Positions 51,545 through 61,839 of a stretch of 64,000 bases of DNA are shown here, one piece after another. The stretch's first letter is position 1. Every line of letters starts with the position of its first letter. The notes below the pieces were generated by a model that searched no databases, was not told where the DNA came from, and worked only from the letters and a program-made list of their open reading frames with translations. Source of the DNA: Candidatus Poribacteria bacterium (GTDB lineage Bacteria; Poribacteria; WGA-4E; PCPOR2b); assembly GCA_965198175.1 (NCBI GenBank), contig OZ240245.1, positions 4,576,001 through 4,640,000 on the forward strand. The letters run 5' to 3'. The translations under genes and the position numbers were made by a program.

Positions 51545-51590
51545 CGTTTATTCTCAGTAGGTATGGGTACGAAGAAAGCCCTTTTGCAGA

Positions 51591-51839
51591 TCAAGAAGCT
51601 AAATCCGATTCAATGATTTCCAGCACTGTTTTTTTGTTGACTTTAATTCCAGCGGTAAGCAATACTGCTCTCATGGCTTTCGCTGTGCGCCCATGCTTAC
51701 CAATGACCTTGCCCAAATCGTCCGCTGCAACGCTCAACTCTAGCACCGTTACCTTGTCCCTTTCGACTTCAATGACCTTAACTTTCTCCGGATGGTCAAC
51801 TAGAGATTGCGCAATATATTCAATCAAATCTTTGAACAT
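51591..51839 (-). CDS. khpA: KH-domain RNA-binding protein
   Basis: DLGKVIGKHGRTAKAMR. Confidence 0.93.
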   Translation of the reverse strand: MFKDLIEYIAQSLVDHPEKVKVIEVERDKVTVLELSVAADDLGKVIGKHGRTAKAMRAVLLTAGIKVNKKTVLEIIESDLAS

Positions 51840-52004
51840 GAAACACCCCTATGATGTCCGATTCGACAGTTTCTCGGATGAGCATCAGTCACTGAAATCA
51901 AAACGGATGAGCACCGCTTCACCTTACGTAACGACGAGCGGCGTACTTGGGAACGTAACCGTCAGAATACGCCATGGAAATGGGTTTAGAACCACATCTT
52001 TATC

Positions 52005-52412
52005 TCATGCTTCCGATTCTTCCGAAGTCGTCTCTGAGGCTGTTTTTTCCTTTATTTCTTCCTCGGCAGTTGGAGCCGGCTCTTCTGCTGAAGGCGCAGG
52101 TTCGTTCTCCAGAGGCGGTTCTGCTTCCTCACTCGGAGTGGGCTTCCCCAGTTTTTCGTTGATGAATTTCTCCCAGATTCCTACTTTTGACAACAGACTT
52201 TTGGCTGTATCCGAGGGTCGTGCGCCTCGCTTTAGCCATTTCATCGCCTTCTCTTCATTGACGACAATTTCCGCTGGATCGGTCAATGGATTATAATACC
52301 CAAGCCTTTCGAGAAAGCGCCCATCCCTTTGGCTACGTGAATCCGCAGCCACGAGCCGATAAAAGGGGCTTTTTTTTCTTCCATGTCGCTGGAGTCTAAG
52401 TCTAACTGACAA
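52005..52412 (-). CDS. rpsP: 30S ribosomal protein S16 (acidic C-terminal tail)
   Basis: [22 protein letters not shown]. Confidence 0.97.
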   Translation of the reverse strand: MSVRLRLQRHGRKKSPFYRLVAADSRSQRDGRFLERLGYYNPLTDPAEIVVNEEKAMKWLKRGARPSDTAKSLLSKVGIWEKFINEKLGKPTPSEEAEPPLENEPAPSAEEPAPTAEEEIKEKTASETTSEESEA

Positions 52413-52456
52413 ATATTACCTCCTCATTCGTTTAGATTGATGATTTGCTGATTGTT

Positions 52457-53836
52457 TTAGCGCCTCTTACGCTTTTTTCGCTTCTGCATACTTTTGGGTC
52501 TATTCCCAATTTGCTTCTTTGTGAGTTGTGGCATTTCTACTCCCGCGTGTTGCTTAACCATGCGGTTCATAAGCTTCAGTTGCTCTACCAATTGGTTAAC
52601 TTGGCGAACTGAGGTTCCACTTCCGTTGGCAATCCGAAGGCGACGGCTATGATTGAGGATGCGTGCATTTCTACGCTCCTGCGGTGTCATGGATTGTACA
52701 ATCGCTTTGGCGTATTTCAATTGTGATTCGTCAGCTTGTATGCCCTTTATCGGCAAGTTATTGATTCCGGGAATCATCTCAATCAGCTGATCTAATGGGC
52801 CCATCTTTTTAATCTGCTCTATCTGGGTTAAAAGATCTTCGAAATCCAAGCCCTGCTTGTCAGTCAGTTTACGTTCAAGCTCCCTCGCTTGATCTTCACT
52901 AAAAACGGATTCGGCTCTTTCGAGTAAAGTACTGAAATCACCTTGACCCAATATGCGTGAAGCCATTCGAGCAGGATGAAATTGCTCTAACGTTGTTGGA
53001 CTTACCTTTTCGCCAACACCGACAAACTTGATGGGTTTTTGGATTACGGCGCGAATCGAGAGCGCAGCCCCGCCGCGGGCGTCCCCATCAAGTTTGGACA
53101 GAATGACACCGTCAATGTCTAAATCGGTGTTAAAATGCTCGGCGATATTGACCGCGTCTTGACCTGTCATCGCATCGACGACAAGTAGAATTTCGGTTGG
53201 ATTAACAGCTGCCTTGATCGTCCGCAACTCTTCCATTAACTCTTCATTTATGTGCAAGCGTCCAGCAGTGTCGATGATAACAAAATTATGCGCCAAGCTC
53301 AAAGCGCTTTTGACAGCAGCTTGAACAATATTGACCGGCGAAACTTCCGTTCCCATCGAAAAAACGGGCACATCAATCTCCTCACCGAGCACCTGAAGCT
53401 GCTTAATGGCTGCCGGACGATAAATATCCGCCGCAACCAAGAGCGGTTGACGTCCGTCCGTGCGGGATTGGAGCGCGAGCTTCGCAGCAGCGGTCGTTTT
53501 CCCAGAACCTTGTAGCCCCACCATCATAATAATTGTCGGCCCGCTTGAGGCAATCTTGATTTTCTCAACCTCAGTTCCCATTAGCTTCGTTAGCTCATCG
53601 CCAAAAATCTTGGCAATTTGAAGCTCGGGGGTAAGGCTGCCAAGCACATCTTGACCGAGCGCCCTGTCCTTAACGTCATTGATGAAATCACGGACAATTT
53701 TGTAATTCACATCCGCTTCCAATAACGCAAAACGGACCTCCCTGAAGGCATCGGATATGTTTTTTTCAGTCAACTTTCCGCGCCCACTCAGCTTTTTGAA
53801 GGTGCCCTGCAATTTTTCGCTTAAGCTCTCAAACAT
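52457..53836 (-). CDS. ffh: Signal recognition particle protein
   Basis: GLQGSGKTT, DTAGR, DGDARGG, RIANGSG. Confidence 0.98.
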   Translation of the reverse strand: MFESLSEKLQGTFKKLSGRGKLTEKNISDAFREVRFALLEADVNYKIVRDFINDVKDRALGQDVLGSLTPELQIAKIFGDELTKLMGTEVEKIKIASSGPTIIMMVGLQGSGKTTAAAKLALQSRTDGRQPLLVAADIYRPAAIKQLQVLGEEIDVPVFSMGTEVSPVNIVQAAVKSALSLAHNFVIIDTAGRLHINEELMEELRTIKAAVNPTEILLVVDAMTGQDAVNIAEHFNTDLDIDGVILSKLDGDARGGAALSIRAVIQKPIKFVGVGEKVSPTTLEQFHPARMASRILGQGDFSTLLERAESVFSEDQARELERKLTDKQGLDFEDLLTQIEQIKKMGPLDQLIEMIPGINNLPIKGIQADESQLKYAKAIVQSMTPQERRNARILNHSRRLRIANGSGTSVRQVNQLVEQLKLMNRMVKQHAGVEMPQLTKKQIGNRPKSMQKRKKRKRR

Positions 53837-53854
53837 GCGATTCCCTTACGTTCT

Positions 53855-54220
53855 CTAGGATTCGGCCGAATTCATCAGTGCGTATATACATTTTCTAATA
53901 TATTGAATCGTACAAATCTGCTCTCTATCATCCAGACCGTCTTCTAAACACTGTAGATGTGTCAGAATATCTGACAACACTTTTCTCTGACGCTGAAAAT
54001 CCGATAGTAAACCCAGCGAACTCTCATAGCGTTCAAGGGCGATTTCCGAGGATCTAATCGAATCACAGACCGCTTGGCGCGTGACGCCAAAGCGCATAGC
54101 AATCTCTCCAAACGACAAATCCTGCTCATAATGCAGCTTGAGAAAGTTCTGCTGCTTTTCCGTCAGGAGATTGCCATAGAAATCACACAGAAGGACAAAC
54201 TTCAGTTTTGCAATTGCCAA
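53855..54220 (-). CDS. ylxM: YlxM-family DNA-binding protein
   Basis: DFYGNLLTEKQ, DLSFGEIA...TRQAV. Confidence 0.88.
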   Translation of the reverse strand: MAIAKLKFVLLCDFYGNLLTEKQQNFLKLHYEQDLSFGEIAMRFGVTRQAVCDSIRSSEIALERYESSLGLLSDFQRQRKVLSDILTHLQCLEDGLDDREQICTIQYIRKCIYALMNSAES

Positions 54221-54255
54221 AATCTATTGCCCCAGTACCTGACTTAGTTTTGGAG

Positions 54256-54314
54256 TGTCAAGAGAGTTAGCTTGACAGCTCTTTAAGATACCCCACTTGA
54301 GCCGCAGTTGTCAA
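54256..54314 (-). promoter_or_regulatory. ylxM-ffh promoter region with palindrome
   Basis: TGTCAAG-N8-CTTGACA (54256-54277); minus-strand TTGACA-N18-TATCTT upstream. Confidence 0.5.
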
Positions 54315-54383
54315 TGGAAAAATGTCCTTCTATCCTATCGGCTTTCCTTTTCGATCTTCGTTTCCCCGTCCTCACATCACGGC

Positions 54384-55463
54384 TTACATTACTTCTTTCA
54401 AGGCGTCCAAAAACCGCTCATTCTCCTCCCGCTTACCGATGGTCACGCGGATCGAATTCGGAAATCCGTATCCAACAACAGGGCGGACAATCACACCTTT
54501 CCGCATGAGAGCGTCGGCGACTTTCTGACCGGATTTGTCGAGGTGAACCAGAATGAAATTTCCGTCCGATTCGACGTACTCTATTCCAATTCGGTTCAAG
54601 GCTCCGTATAGATAGGCTTTGCCCACGGCGTTAGTCTGTCGACTAAAGCGGACATGCGCATCATCTCTTAGCGCTGCCTTTGCAGCCGCTTGTGCAATTG
54701 AGTTGCAGTTAAACGGTTGACGGACACGGTTCATCATTTGGATAATCTCCGGTCTCGCAATGCCGTATCCGATTCGCAGACCTGCAAGCCCGTAAATTTT
54801 AGAAAACGTCCGTGTGACTATGACGTTGCGACCTTCTTGGCAGTACGGCAGTGTGTGGGGATAGTCGGGCCTATCAATATACTCATAGTATGCTTCATCA
54901 AAGACGACGAGCACATCATCCGGCACACGTTCCATGAATCGCTCCGTCTGATCTTTCGTAACGATTGTACCGGTTGGGTTGTTCGGATTAGCGATGAAGA
55001 TTACGCGCGTTTGATCGGTGATTGCGTCCGCCATCGCTTCGAGATCTTGTGTGAAACCGCGCATAGGTGTAACGATTGATTTAGTGCCACAGGTCTTCGC
55101 CACAAGCATATAAACGACGAACGCGCTTTCAGAATAGATTGCCTCGTCCTTGGGCGAAAGGTAAGTCTCCCCGACTATCTGAAGAATTTCGTTAGAGCCG
55201 TTCCCCAAGATTAGATTTTCGGGTGTAACACCGACGTGTTTTGCTAAATCTGTTTTTAGGTAATACGCATTTCCGTCAGGATACAAATGCACCTGATCTG
55301 CCGCCCTTTGGATGGCTTTTATTGCTAAGAGGGAAGGCCCAAGCGGGTTTTCATTTGACGCCAATTTGATAATATCCGTGATTCCTAATTCGCGTTGGAC
55401 CTCCTCAATCGGTTTACCACCTTGATACGCGCGGATGGTTTCAATTCCCGATTTCGGTTTCAT
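54384..55463 (-). CDS. hisC: Histidinol-phosphate aminotransferase
   Basis: KLASNENP, NPNNPTG, DEAY, RTFSKIYGLAGLRIG. Confidence 0.95.
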   Translation of the reverse strand: MKPKSGIETIRAYQGGKPIEEVQRELGITDIIKLASNENPLGPSLLAIKAIQRAADQVHLYPDGNAYYLKTDLAKHVGVTPENLILGNGSNEILQIVGETYLSPKDEAIYSESAFVVYMLVAKTCGTKSIVTPMRGFTQDLEAMADAITDQTRVIFIANPNNPTGTIVTKDQTERFMERVPDDVLVVFDEAYYEYIDRPDYPHTLPYCQEGRNVIVTRTFSKIYGLAGLRIGYGIARPEIIQMMNRVRQPFNCNSIAQAAAKAALRDDAHVRFSRQTNAVGKAYLYGALNRIGIEYVESDGNFILVHLDKSGQKVADALMRKGVIVRPVVGYGFPNSIRVTIGKREENERFLDALKEVM

Positions 55464-55530
55464 AAATTACCTCGCGATTCACCTAATCGATTTCTGAAGG
55501 CAACTACAAACCTAAATAACAGGTTGACCT

Positions 55531-56466
55531 TTACGTGTTCGTCATCTGAACAACCGGATTCCGTAGGACGCCGATTTTTTCGATCTCGATTTCAACGACA
55601 TCCCCATCAGCAAGTTTTTCATCAGGGTGTCCAACGCCGGCAGGGGTACCTGTTGAAATAATGTCCCCAGGTTCGAGGGTGACCAATGCCGAAATAAATT
55701 CAACTAGCTCAGCTGGGTTGAAAATCATCTGCCCGGTGTTGGCATCCTGCTTGACCTCACCATTAAGCCGCAGTGTAAGATGCAAATTGTCCGGATGAGG
55801 GATGTCGTCCTTCGTTACCAGGCAGGGGCCCATTGGTGCAAACGTGTCAAACCATTTTCCGTTGAGCCAATCGAACCATCCATCCCCGTCACGGGGAACT
55901 CGCGTCTCTTTGACTCTTAACCTACGTTCTGAGACATCATTGACAATGGTGTATCCCGCAACGTAGTCGTAAGCATCATGGGCACTGATAAATTTTCCAC
56001 GCTTTCCGATAACGACGCCGAGTTCGGCTTCCCAGTCGATGAAAGCTCCGTTAGCGGGAATAACAATGGGTTTTTCAGGTGCTGTCAGTGTGGTGCTTGG
56101 TGGTTTCATGAAAACGCGCGGCGTTGTCTCTACCTTACTCAAGGCTTTACCGCCGCCTTCTTCGATATGGGCGGCATAGTTTCCAGCAAGCAGCAATATC
56201 TTGTTCGGATTGGGAACGGGTGGCAAGAGTGGACCTTTCACCCAAACTGCTTTCTCAGGGGTTGCCTCCGCAACGCGAATTGCATGGGTTGCCGCCGCAA
56301 ATGCTCGCTGCCCGCTTTCAAGAAATGCGTTCATGCTATTTAAGAGTTTGGGAAGGGCGGGATCTGGAACGGCAGCCTGGTAAGTGGTCTGGAGATCTAG
56401 GATCTGATCATCAATGAGTGCACCCAGTTTGGGGCAATCAGAACTCTGAAAACTCACTAATTTCAT
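55531..56466 (-). CDS. Fumarylacetoacetate hydrolase family protein
   Basis: DWEAELGVVIG, NDVSER, GDIISTGTPAGVG. Confidence 0.92.
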   Translation of the reverse strand: MKLVSFQSSDCPKLGALIDDQILDLQTTYQAAVPDPALPKLLNSMNAFLESGQRAFAAATHAIRVAEATPEKAVWVKGPLLPPVPNPNKILLLAGNYAAHIEEGGGKALSKVETTPRVFMKPPSTTLTAPEKPIVIPANGAFIDWEAELGVVIGKRGKFISAHDAYDYVAGYTIVNDVSERRLRVKETRVPRDGDGWFDWLNGKWFDTFAPMGPCLVTKDDIPHPDNLHLTLRLNGEVKQDANTGQMIFNPAELVEFISALVTLEPGDIISTGTPAGVGHPDEKLADGDVVEIEIEKIGVLRNPVVQMTNT

Positions 56467-56693
56467 GGATTCTCCTACTCTTTCTCTTTGAGCTTTAATT
56501 CAAGAATCTTCGGGCAGATTTTACTTCACGATGGTTGATTATAGCGGTTTTATCCGTTGGCGTCAACACTCATAATCTAGTTGAAAAGGTCTAACAACCT
56601 TATGTATAATAGGAGGTTGAATGTACTATAATAAAACAATTGGCAGAACTTACATCAATTGAACATAATAGTTTACTCCATAGGGAGTACAAT

Positions 56694-57404
56694 ATGGCAC
56701 TCAATAACGGCATTCAACTCACATGGCTTGGGCATGCAACGTTTAAAGTCGAATTTGACGGGCAAACAACCTTAATCGATTCGTGGGTAATGAACAACCC
56801 ATCTTGCCCGGACGAACTCAAAACATTTGATAAAATTGATACCATGCTCATCACCCATGCACACGCCGATCACTTCGCGGACGCTGTCGAGCTTGCAAAG
56901 GAATATTCTCCAACAGTTGTGGCGATTCTCGAAACCGGTAGTTGGCTTGAGGCGCAAGGCGTCGAGAACATCAGCGCGATGAATAAAGGCGGCACTCAAA
57001 CGGTAAACGGGATCAGAGTGACGATGGTTCATGCAAATCACAGCAACGGGATTACGGAAGCCGATGGATCAATCGTTTACGGCGGTGAGCCTGCCGGGTA
57101 TATCGTCGAATTCGCGAATGGTTATAAGATTTACCACGCCGGCGATACAAACGTGTTTGGCGATATGCGAATCATCAGCGAAATCTACCAACCGGACCTC
57201 GCCCTCCTTCCAATCGGGGATTATTTCACGATGGGACCCCGGGAAGCCGCGTATGCAGCGAGTTTACTCAATGTTTCCGCCATTATTCCCATGCACTACG
57301 GGACGTTCCCGGTGCTTACCGGAACACCGGAAGCGCTGCGTGAACTGACCGCGGACCAAGCTGTCGAGATTATGATACTCAAGCCCGGTGAAACTCTAGA
57401 TTGA
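56694..57404 (+). CDS. Metal-dependent hydrolase (UPF0173, MBL fold)
   Basis: THAHADH, HAGDT, LPIGDYFTMGP, PMHYGTF. Confidence 0.9.
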   Translation: MALNNGIQLTWLGHATFKVEFDGQTTLIDSWVMNNPSCPDELKTFDKIDTMLITHAHADHFADAVELAKEYSPTVVAILETGSWLEAQGVENISAMNKGGTQTVNGIRVTMVHANHSNGITEADGSIVYGGEPAGYIVEFANGYKIYHAGDTNVFGDMRIISEIYQPDLALLPIGDYFTMGPREAAYAASLLNVSAIIPMHYGTFPVLTGTPEALRELTADQAVEIMILKPGETLD

Positions 57405-57435
57405 AATACCATCTCATGTGGGTTATAATGGTGCA

Positions 57436-57702
57436 ATGCTTGTCAATACACCGGAAGACATTTTGCTAACTCAACTCAAAACAGTCGTCGATCGAACAAG
57501 TGAACGGTTGCAGTGGGACAACTTGACGTTGTGGGAAGCCCTCGAACTCATTAACCGGACACGAGTTCAAGCTGAAACGCTTATACCAGACCAGATGGAC
57601 TTATATCAATTAATCTACGCCTCACGATTTCGACGGTTACTCGAACAGTTCGTTATACCGAGACAATTGACCTCGCTCACTAACCGGCACAAACCATTCT
57701 AA
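57436..57702 (+). CDS. Hypothetical protein
   Basis: LYQLIYASRFRRLLEQF, co-oriented. Confidence 0.6.
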   Translation: MLVNTPEDILLTQLKTVVDRTSERLQWDNLTLWEALELINRTRVQAETLIPDQMDLYQLIYASRFRRLLEQFVIPRQLTSLTNRHKPF

Positions 57703-57935
57703 TTTGGAGTATCGAGTACCGGGGAGAAAAATCAAACCTGAAGGGAGCAGACCCCTCATTTTGGAGACGGGAAAATGGAATTTCAAACACGAGAAACATG
57801 GAAGGATGATTATTGCGGCACTGTTGAGACAATAATAGACATCTTTCCTAAATAAATGGTTTTATAAATTGAGCTTTGAAAGTATAATTCTTTTCCTGTC
57901 ACACCGATAAACTCAATCCTAAAACAGGAAGGTCG

Positions 57936-58082
57936 ATGTCAACCATAGTTTTCAAGCGGGACACAGGTCTGAGGCTACCCGCCTCGTACAATATCATCAA
58001 GAAACATGGTGGGGATTCGATCTTCACCTCAGAACTTGGAAAGGGATCGATAGCGACAGTGACGCTGCCTGTCGCTTTCTGA
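57936..58082 (+). pseudogene. C-terminal HATPase_c remnant of a histidine kinase
   Basis: DTGLRLPASYNIIKKHGGDSIFTSELGKGSIATVTLPV resembles the G2 box through the C-terminus. Confidence 0.75.
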
Positions 58083-58090
58083 GCGTAACC

Positions 58091-59524
58091 ATGAATCCAA
58101 CCTACTTTCCGACCCGTCCCGTTCTACTGGTGGACGACGAAGAACAGTTTTTATTCAGCACGAGTCTCGCGTTAAACGCGGATGGCATTAATCATGTCGT
58201 CCAGTGTCAAGACAGCCGCGAAGTCATGCCGATCCTGTCGCAAGGGGACTTCTCCGTTGTGGTACTGGATATGCTGATGCCGGACTTGTCGGGCTGGGAC
58301 CTACTTCCACTGATTCTAGCGGATTTCCCTGAGCTGCCCGTAACGGTTGTCACGGCGGTAAACAGAGTGGAAAACGCAGTAGAGTGCATGAGAAATGGCG
58401 CATACGACTACCTCCTGAAGCCGGTGGACAGCACCCGCCTCGCCGCAACGGTTCGGCGCGGGGTAGAAATCGGCGACCTGCGGCGCCAAAATCGCCAACT
58501 CAAAGACCGCCTCCTCTCCGACGCACTGGAACAACCTGAAGCGTTCTCTGACATTATTACGCAAGACCGCACGATGTACTCGATTTTCCAGTATATCGAG
58601 GCAATCGCCCAAACGACCCTGCCGGTGTTGATTACGGGCGAAACCGGGGTTGGCAAGGAACTGATTGCAGCGTCAATCCACAAGCTGAGCGGACTGGAGG
58701 GTGAATTTGTTTCGGTCAATATAGCAGGACTCGACGACCAACTATTCTCGGACACGCTTTTTGGTCACAGAAAAGGCGCGTTCACCGGCGCGGAAACACC
58801 TCGCAAAGGGTTGATTGAACGTGCGTCAAACGGTACACTTTTCCTTGATGAAATTGGAGACCTGCATGTGGAGTCACAGGTCAAACTGCTGCGCCTTCTG
58901 CAGGAAAGCAATTACTACGCGCTTGGCGACGATTTCGCGAAGATGAGTAACGCTAGAATAGTAGTTGCGACCAATCGGGAGATTCAATTTCTCAGCAATG
59001 CCGAAACCTTTCGTACCGACCTCTTCTTCCGCCTGAAACCCCATCATATTCACCTGCCCCCCCTTCGTGAGCGAGCGGGTGATATCCCGCTATTGGTTTC
59101 CCATTTTCTCGAAAGCGCTGCCGAGAAACTACGGAAGGAGACACCAACCCCTCCAGCGGAACTCTTTACGTTACTTGGGACGTACCACTTCCCAGGAAAC
59201 GTCAGAGAGCTTGAGGGAATGGTTCTAGATGCTGTCAGTCAGCACAAGGACGGCGTCCTTTCTGCGGAATCCTTTCGAGACAAGATTGGTCAGGTATCTC
59301 ACGATTCCCACGAAGCGGGTGAAACCGCCGAGTCCGGAATTGTGGAGGGGTTAGCTGCGTTGCGTAGATTGCCCACTTTGAAAGACATCGAACGGTTTGC
59401 GATTGCTGAAGCCCTCAAGCGAGCCAATGGAAACCAGACGATTGCCGCAGGAATTTTGGGCATGTCAAGGCAGGCGCTGAACAACCGAATAGTCCGCTCT
59501 CAAAAATCATCTGACGACTCGTGA
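58091..59524 (+). CDS. NtrC-family sigma-54 response regulator
   Basis: REC (VDDE, LDMLMP), GETGVGKE, GAFTGA, Fis-type HTH. Confidence 0.95.
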   Translation: MNPTYFPTRPVLLVDDEEQFLFSTSLALNADGINHVVQCQDSREVMPILSQGDFSVVVLDMLMPDLSGWDLLPLILADFPELPVTVVTAVNRVENAVECMRNGAYDYLLKPVDSTRLAATVRRGVEIGDLRRQNRQLKDRLLSDALEQPEAFSDIITQDRTMYSIFQYIEAIAQTTLPVLITGETGVGKELIAASIHKLSGLEGEFVSVNIAGLDDQLFSDTLFGHRKGAFTGAETPRKGLIERASNGTLFLDEIGDLHVESQVKLLRLLQESNYYALGDDFAKMSNARIVVATNREIQFLSNAETFRTDLFFRLKPHHIHLPPLRERAGDIPLLVSHFLESAAEKLRKETPTPPAELFTLLGTYHFPGNVRELEGMVLDAVSQHKDGVLSAESFRDKIGQVSHDSHEAGETAESGIVEGLAALRRLPTLKDIERFAIAEALKRANGNQTIAAGILGMSRQALNNRIVRSQKSSDDS

Positions 59525-59605
59525 ATCTTCGTTTTATTGCTCCAATCCAGCACTCCAAGTCTTTATCGACCCTCCTTACCTACCGATAACCCCTCCTTCC
59601 AAAGG

Positions 59606-59721
59606 GGTGCAACATTTATTGCTTTTGTCAACTTTTGTTGCACCTTGCCCAAACCCTTGTCTGGCAAGGCTTCATGCACTGCTTAACCCCAATTTTCCCG
59701 AAATGTGTCAACAAATGTTGC
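59606..59721. promoter_or_regulatory. Putative enhancer (UAS) sites
   Basis: GTGCAACATTTATTGC, GTCAACTTTTGTTGCAC and GTCAACAAATGTTGC. Confidence 0.6.
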
Positions 59722-59847
59722 TCCCCTTTCCATAGCCCGTCAGAACGGTGCCGTCCCGATCTGAAAAAAAATTAAACTGCCGGCATCCCTTGACACACCT
59801 GGGTTTCAGAGTTCAAACCGAGTCCAAATTGAAGGGGATTATTGGTC

Positions 59848-59864
59848 TTGGCATATAACTTGCG
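59848..59864 (+). promoter_or_regulatory. Sigma-54 (-24/-12) promoter
   Basis: TTGGCATATAACTTGCG (GG-N10-GC). Confidence 0.8.
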
Positions 59865-59945
59865 ATAATTTTATGTCAGCGATTTGAGTTGCAAAGTGTC
59901 CTACGAATCCAGAATAACAGCATCAAATTCAAGGAGGGATGTACC

Positions 59946-60737
59946 ATGAAAGCCGTTGTTTGTGTCACGTTGCTTTATGTGTTGTGTTTCCTGTATATTG
60001 GTGTGTCTGAGTCACATATAACAACGAGTTCTCCTATCTCAACTTGGGCAAGAGTTGAAGCTGATGAAACCGTGGGTGGGCAACGTACGATCGTATGTGA
60101 TGGTGCTGCTAGTGGATATTCAGGGCCACACGAAGCGCCTCTTCACCCAGAACCACACATATTTCTTGGCGTTAACCACCACGTCATAACGCTCGACATA
60201 GATAGGGCAAATAGTATTGTATTTGTGTACCATATGCGAAACAAGACGATATACGGTGGGGACTCCCGTACCTCTCGGATAATTCCACCGACAGAAAGGT
60301 CGGTATTAGGACAAGCGCTGTGGGGGTTTGCTTGGGCATGGGGCGAAATCCATACTGAAGGAGAATCAGACCACGTAACAGCACCGGCATCCAGTCATTC
60401 GCTTGTCGTTCACCCAAATGATGGCGGTGCTGCTCAAGCTTCAAATATCCTCATTCCACTTCAACCAATCCAACAAGGCTCAGACCTGAGTAGACGAATT
60501 GAAGCGGAACTATCCGAGGTAATAGATAATGCCCGGCAAACAGATCCGCAAATTACCGATGCGGTAAACTATAATGGGCGAATCTATACATTCCGCTCTG
60601 ACGAGGATATGGAATTCGATGGGACCGGTGTGTTATCCAACGTCACAGCAGTTGCTCCCATTCCCGCAGCGCCAGGGAAGCGCAATCCGCGTTCGATAAC
60701 AACCACAACCACGTGGGCAGCCATCAAGAAGAGATAA
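59946..60737 (+). CDS. Secreted protein with C-terminal PAAP...TTTWAAIK motif
   Basis: RBS AAGGAGG, signal peptide, terminal motif. Confidence 0.75.
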   Translation: MKAVVCVTLLYVLCFLYIGVSESHITTSSPISTWARVEADETVGGQRTIVCDGAASGYSGPHEAPLHPEPHIFLGVNHHVITLDIDRANSIVFVYHMRNKTIYGGDSRTSRIIPPTERSVLGQALWGFAWAWGEIHTEGESDHVTAPASSHSLVVHPNDGGAAQASNILIPLQPIQQGSDLSRRIEAELSEVIDNARQTDPQITDAVNYNGRIYTFRSDEDMEFDGTGVLSNVTAVAPIPAAPGKRNPRSITTTTTWAAIKKR

Positions 60738-60764
60738 CCTTTGACCGCGTAAGGAGGATATTCA

Positions 60765-61610
60765 ATGAAAGCTCTTGTCGTTATTCTGCTTTGTGTTCTG
60801 GTCTGGGGGTGTAGTGAAAGTGAAACGCCGCTTCCTGTTGATACTCCCGAACCCGCTAACCATATATCGCCGGCAGTTGATGATGTGGATCCCGAACCGT
60901 TTGTCCAGCACGAAATACCCCCAGGCATTCCGCCTACACTCGCGGACTCGTTTGCGGATTTGCAACCATACTTCACAGAGAAGGAGTACCAATACCTGCT
61001 CCAACAAGTCAAACTCTATTGTGACGGGGTTGCCATTGATGGTGGCGCGCTTCATTCACGCCTCAAACGAGACTTGTCACTAGCAGCATACAATCGTGTT
61101 TATCCTGAAGGGGGAGGTGAGCCCGCAGAGATTCGCCGTATCCCGGTTAAATCACGCAATGATAAGAGCCGAGTATATCTTGCTGCTACACTTCGAGGCG
61201 TCACTAGTCTATCGTATGGGTACGGCAAAATATGGTATGAATTTAGCAAGCACGGTTCAATAACCATTATGCAGACGTTCGACCACCTTGGGCGACATTA
61301 TGTTGGTATACCAGCGTATGGGGGCTCACGATGGAGAGAAATCGAACGGATTGTGAATGAATTTGAGCGGCTCAATAAACACAACAATAAAAAAGTCGGG
61401 TGGCAACCTATTATCATGCCAGCCATCCCGGATGACTTAGATATTGCTATCTTCTACATAGATGGCGAAGGAAATCTTATCGAACCAACTGCTCCTGAAT
61501 TATTCGATTGGGTATTTGAATACGATGAGGCACCACGTGCGACAGATGAGCAAATTGCGGCGTACAACCGCCAATATGCACCGCTTGCCTTTGATTGCGT
61601 TGAACAATAA
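60765..61610 (+). CDS. Putative lipoprotein
   Basis: Lipobox VWGC, Pro-rich linker, RBS AAGGAGG. Confidence 0.75.
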   Translation: MKALVVILLCVLVWGCSESETPLPVDTPEPANHISPAVDDVDPEPFVQHEIPPGIPPTLADSFADLQPYFTEKEYQYLLQQVKLYCDGVAIDGGALHSRLKRDLSLAAYNRVYPEGGGEPAEIRRIPVKSRNDKSRVYLAATLRGVTSLSYGYGKIWYEFSKHGSITIMQTFDHLGRHYVGIPAYGGSRWREIERIVNEFERLNKHNNKKVGWQPIIMPAIPDDLDIAIFYIDGEGNLIEPTAPELFDWVFEYDEAPRATDEQIAAYNRQYAPLAFDCVEQ

Positions 61611-61716
61611 CACGGAAGTCTACAATAGGCGGTAGCTCTGCAGTTAAGTGTGCATCGGTTGGACACGTAGCCCAACAAATGACCACTAACCTTAAACAAC
61701 GATGGAGGAATTTACA

Positions 61717-61839
61717 ATGTTAAGTCGTAAGGCAACATTGCTAGTGATTCTGGTTGTTTTAAGTTTGAGTGTTCACGAAGTAACTGCCGAGCTTGATGGG
61801 AGTAGTATTACTCCGCATGCAAAGGTAAAAGAATCATGA
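61717..61839 (+). CDS. 40-aa signal-peptide-like mini-ORF or gene remnant
   Basis: GGAGG RBS; MLSRKATLLVILVVLSLSVHEVTA...; ATGA overlap with the next gene. Confidence 0.45.
   Translation: MLSRKATLLVILVVLSLSVHEVTAELDGSSITPHAKVKES

Noticed and set aside
51613..52296. 227-aa plus-strand ORF
   Set aside because: Antisense to khpA and rpsP.
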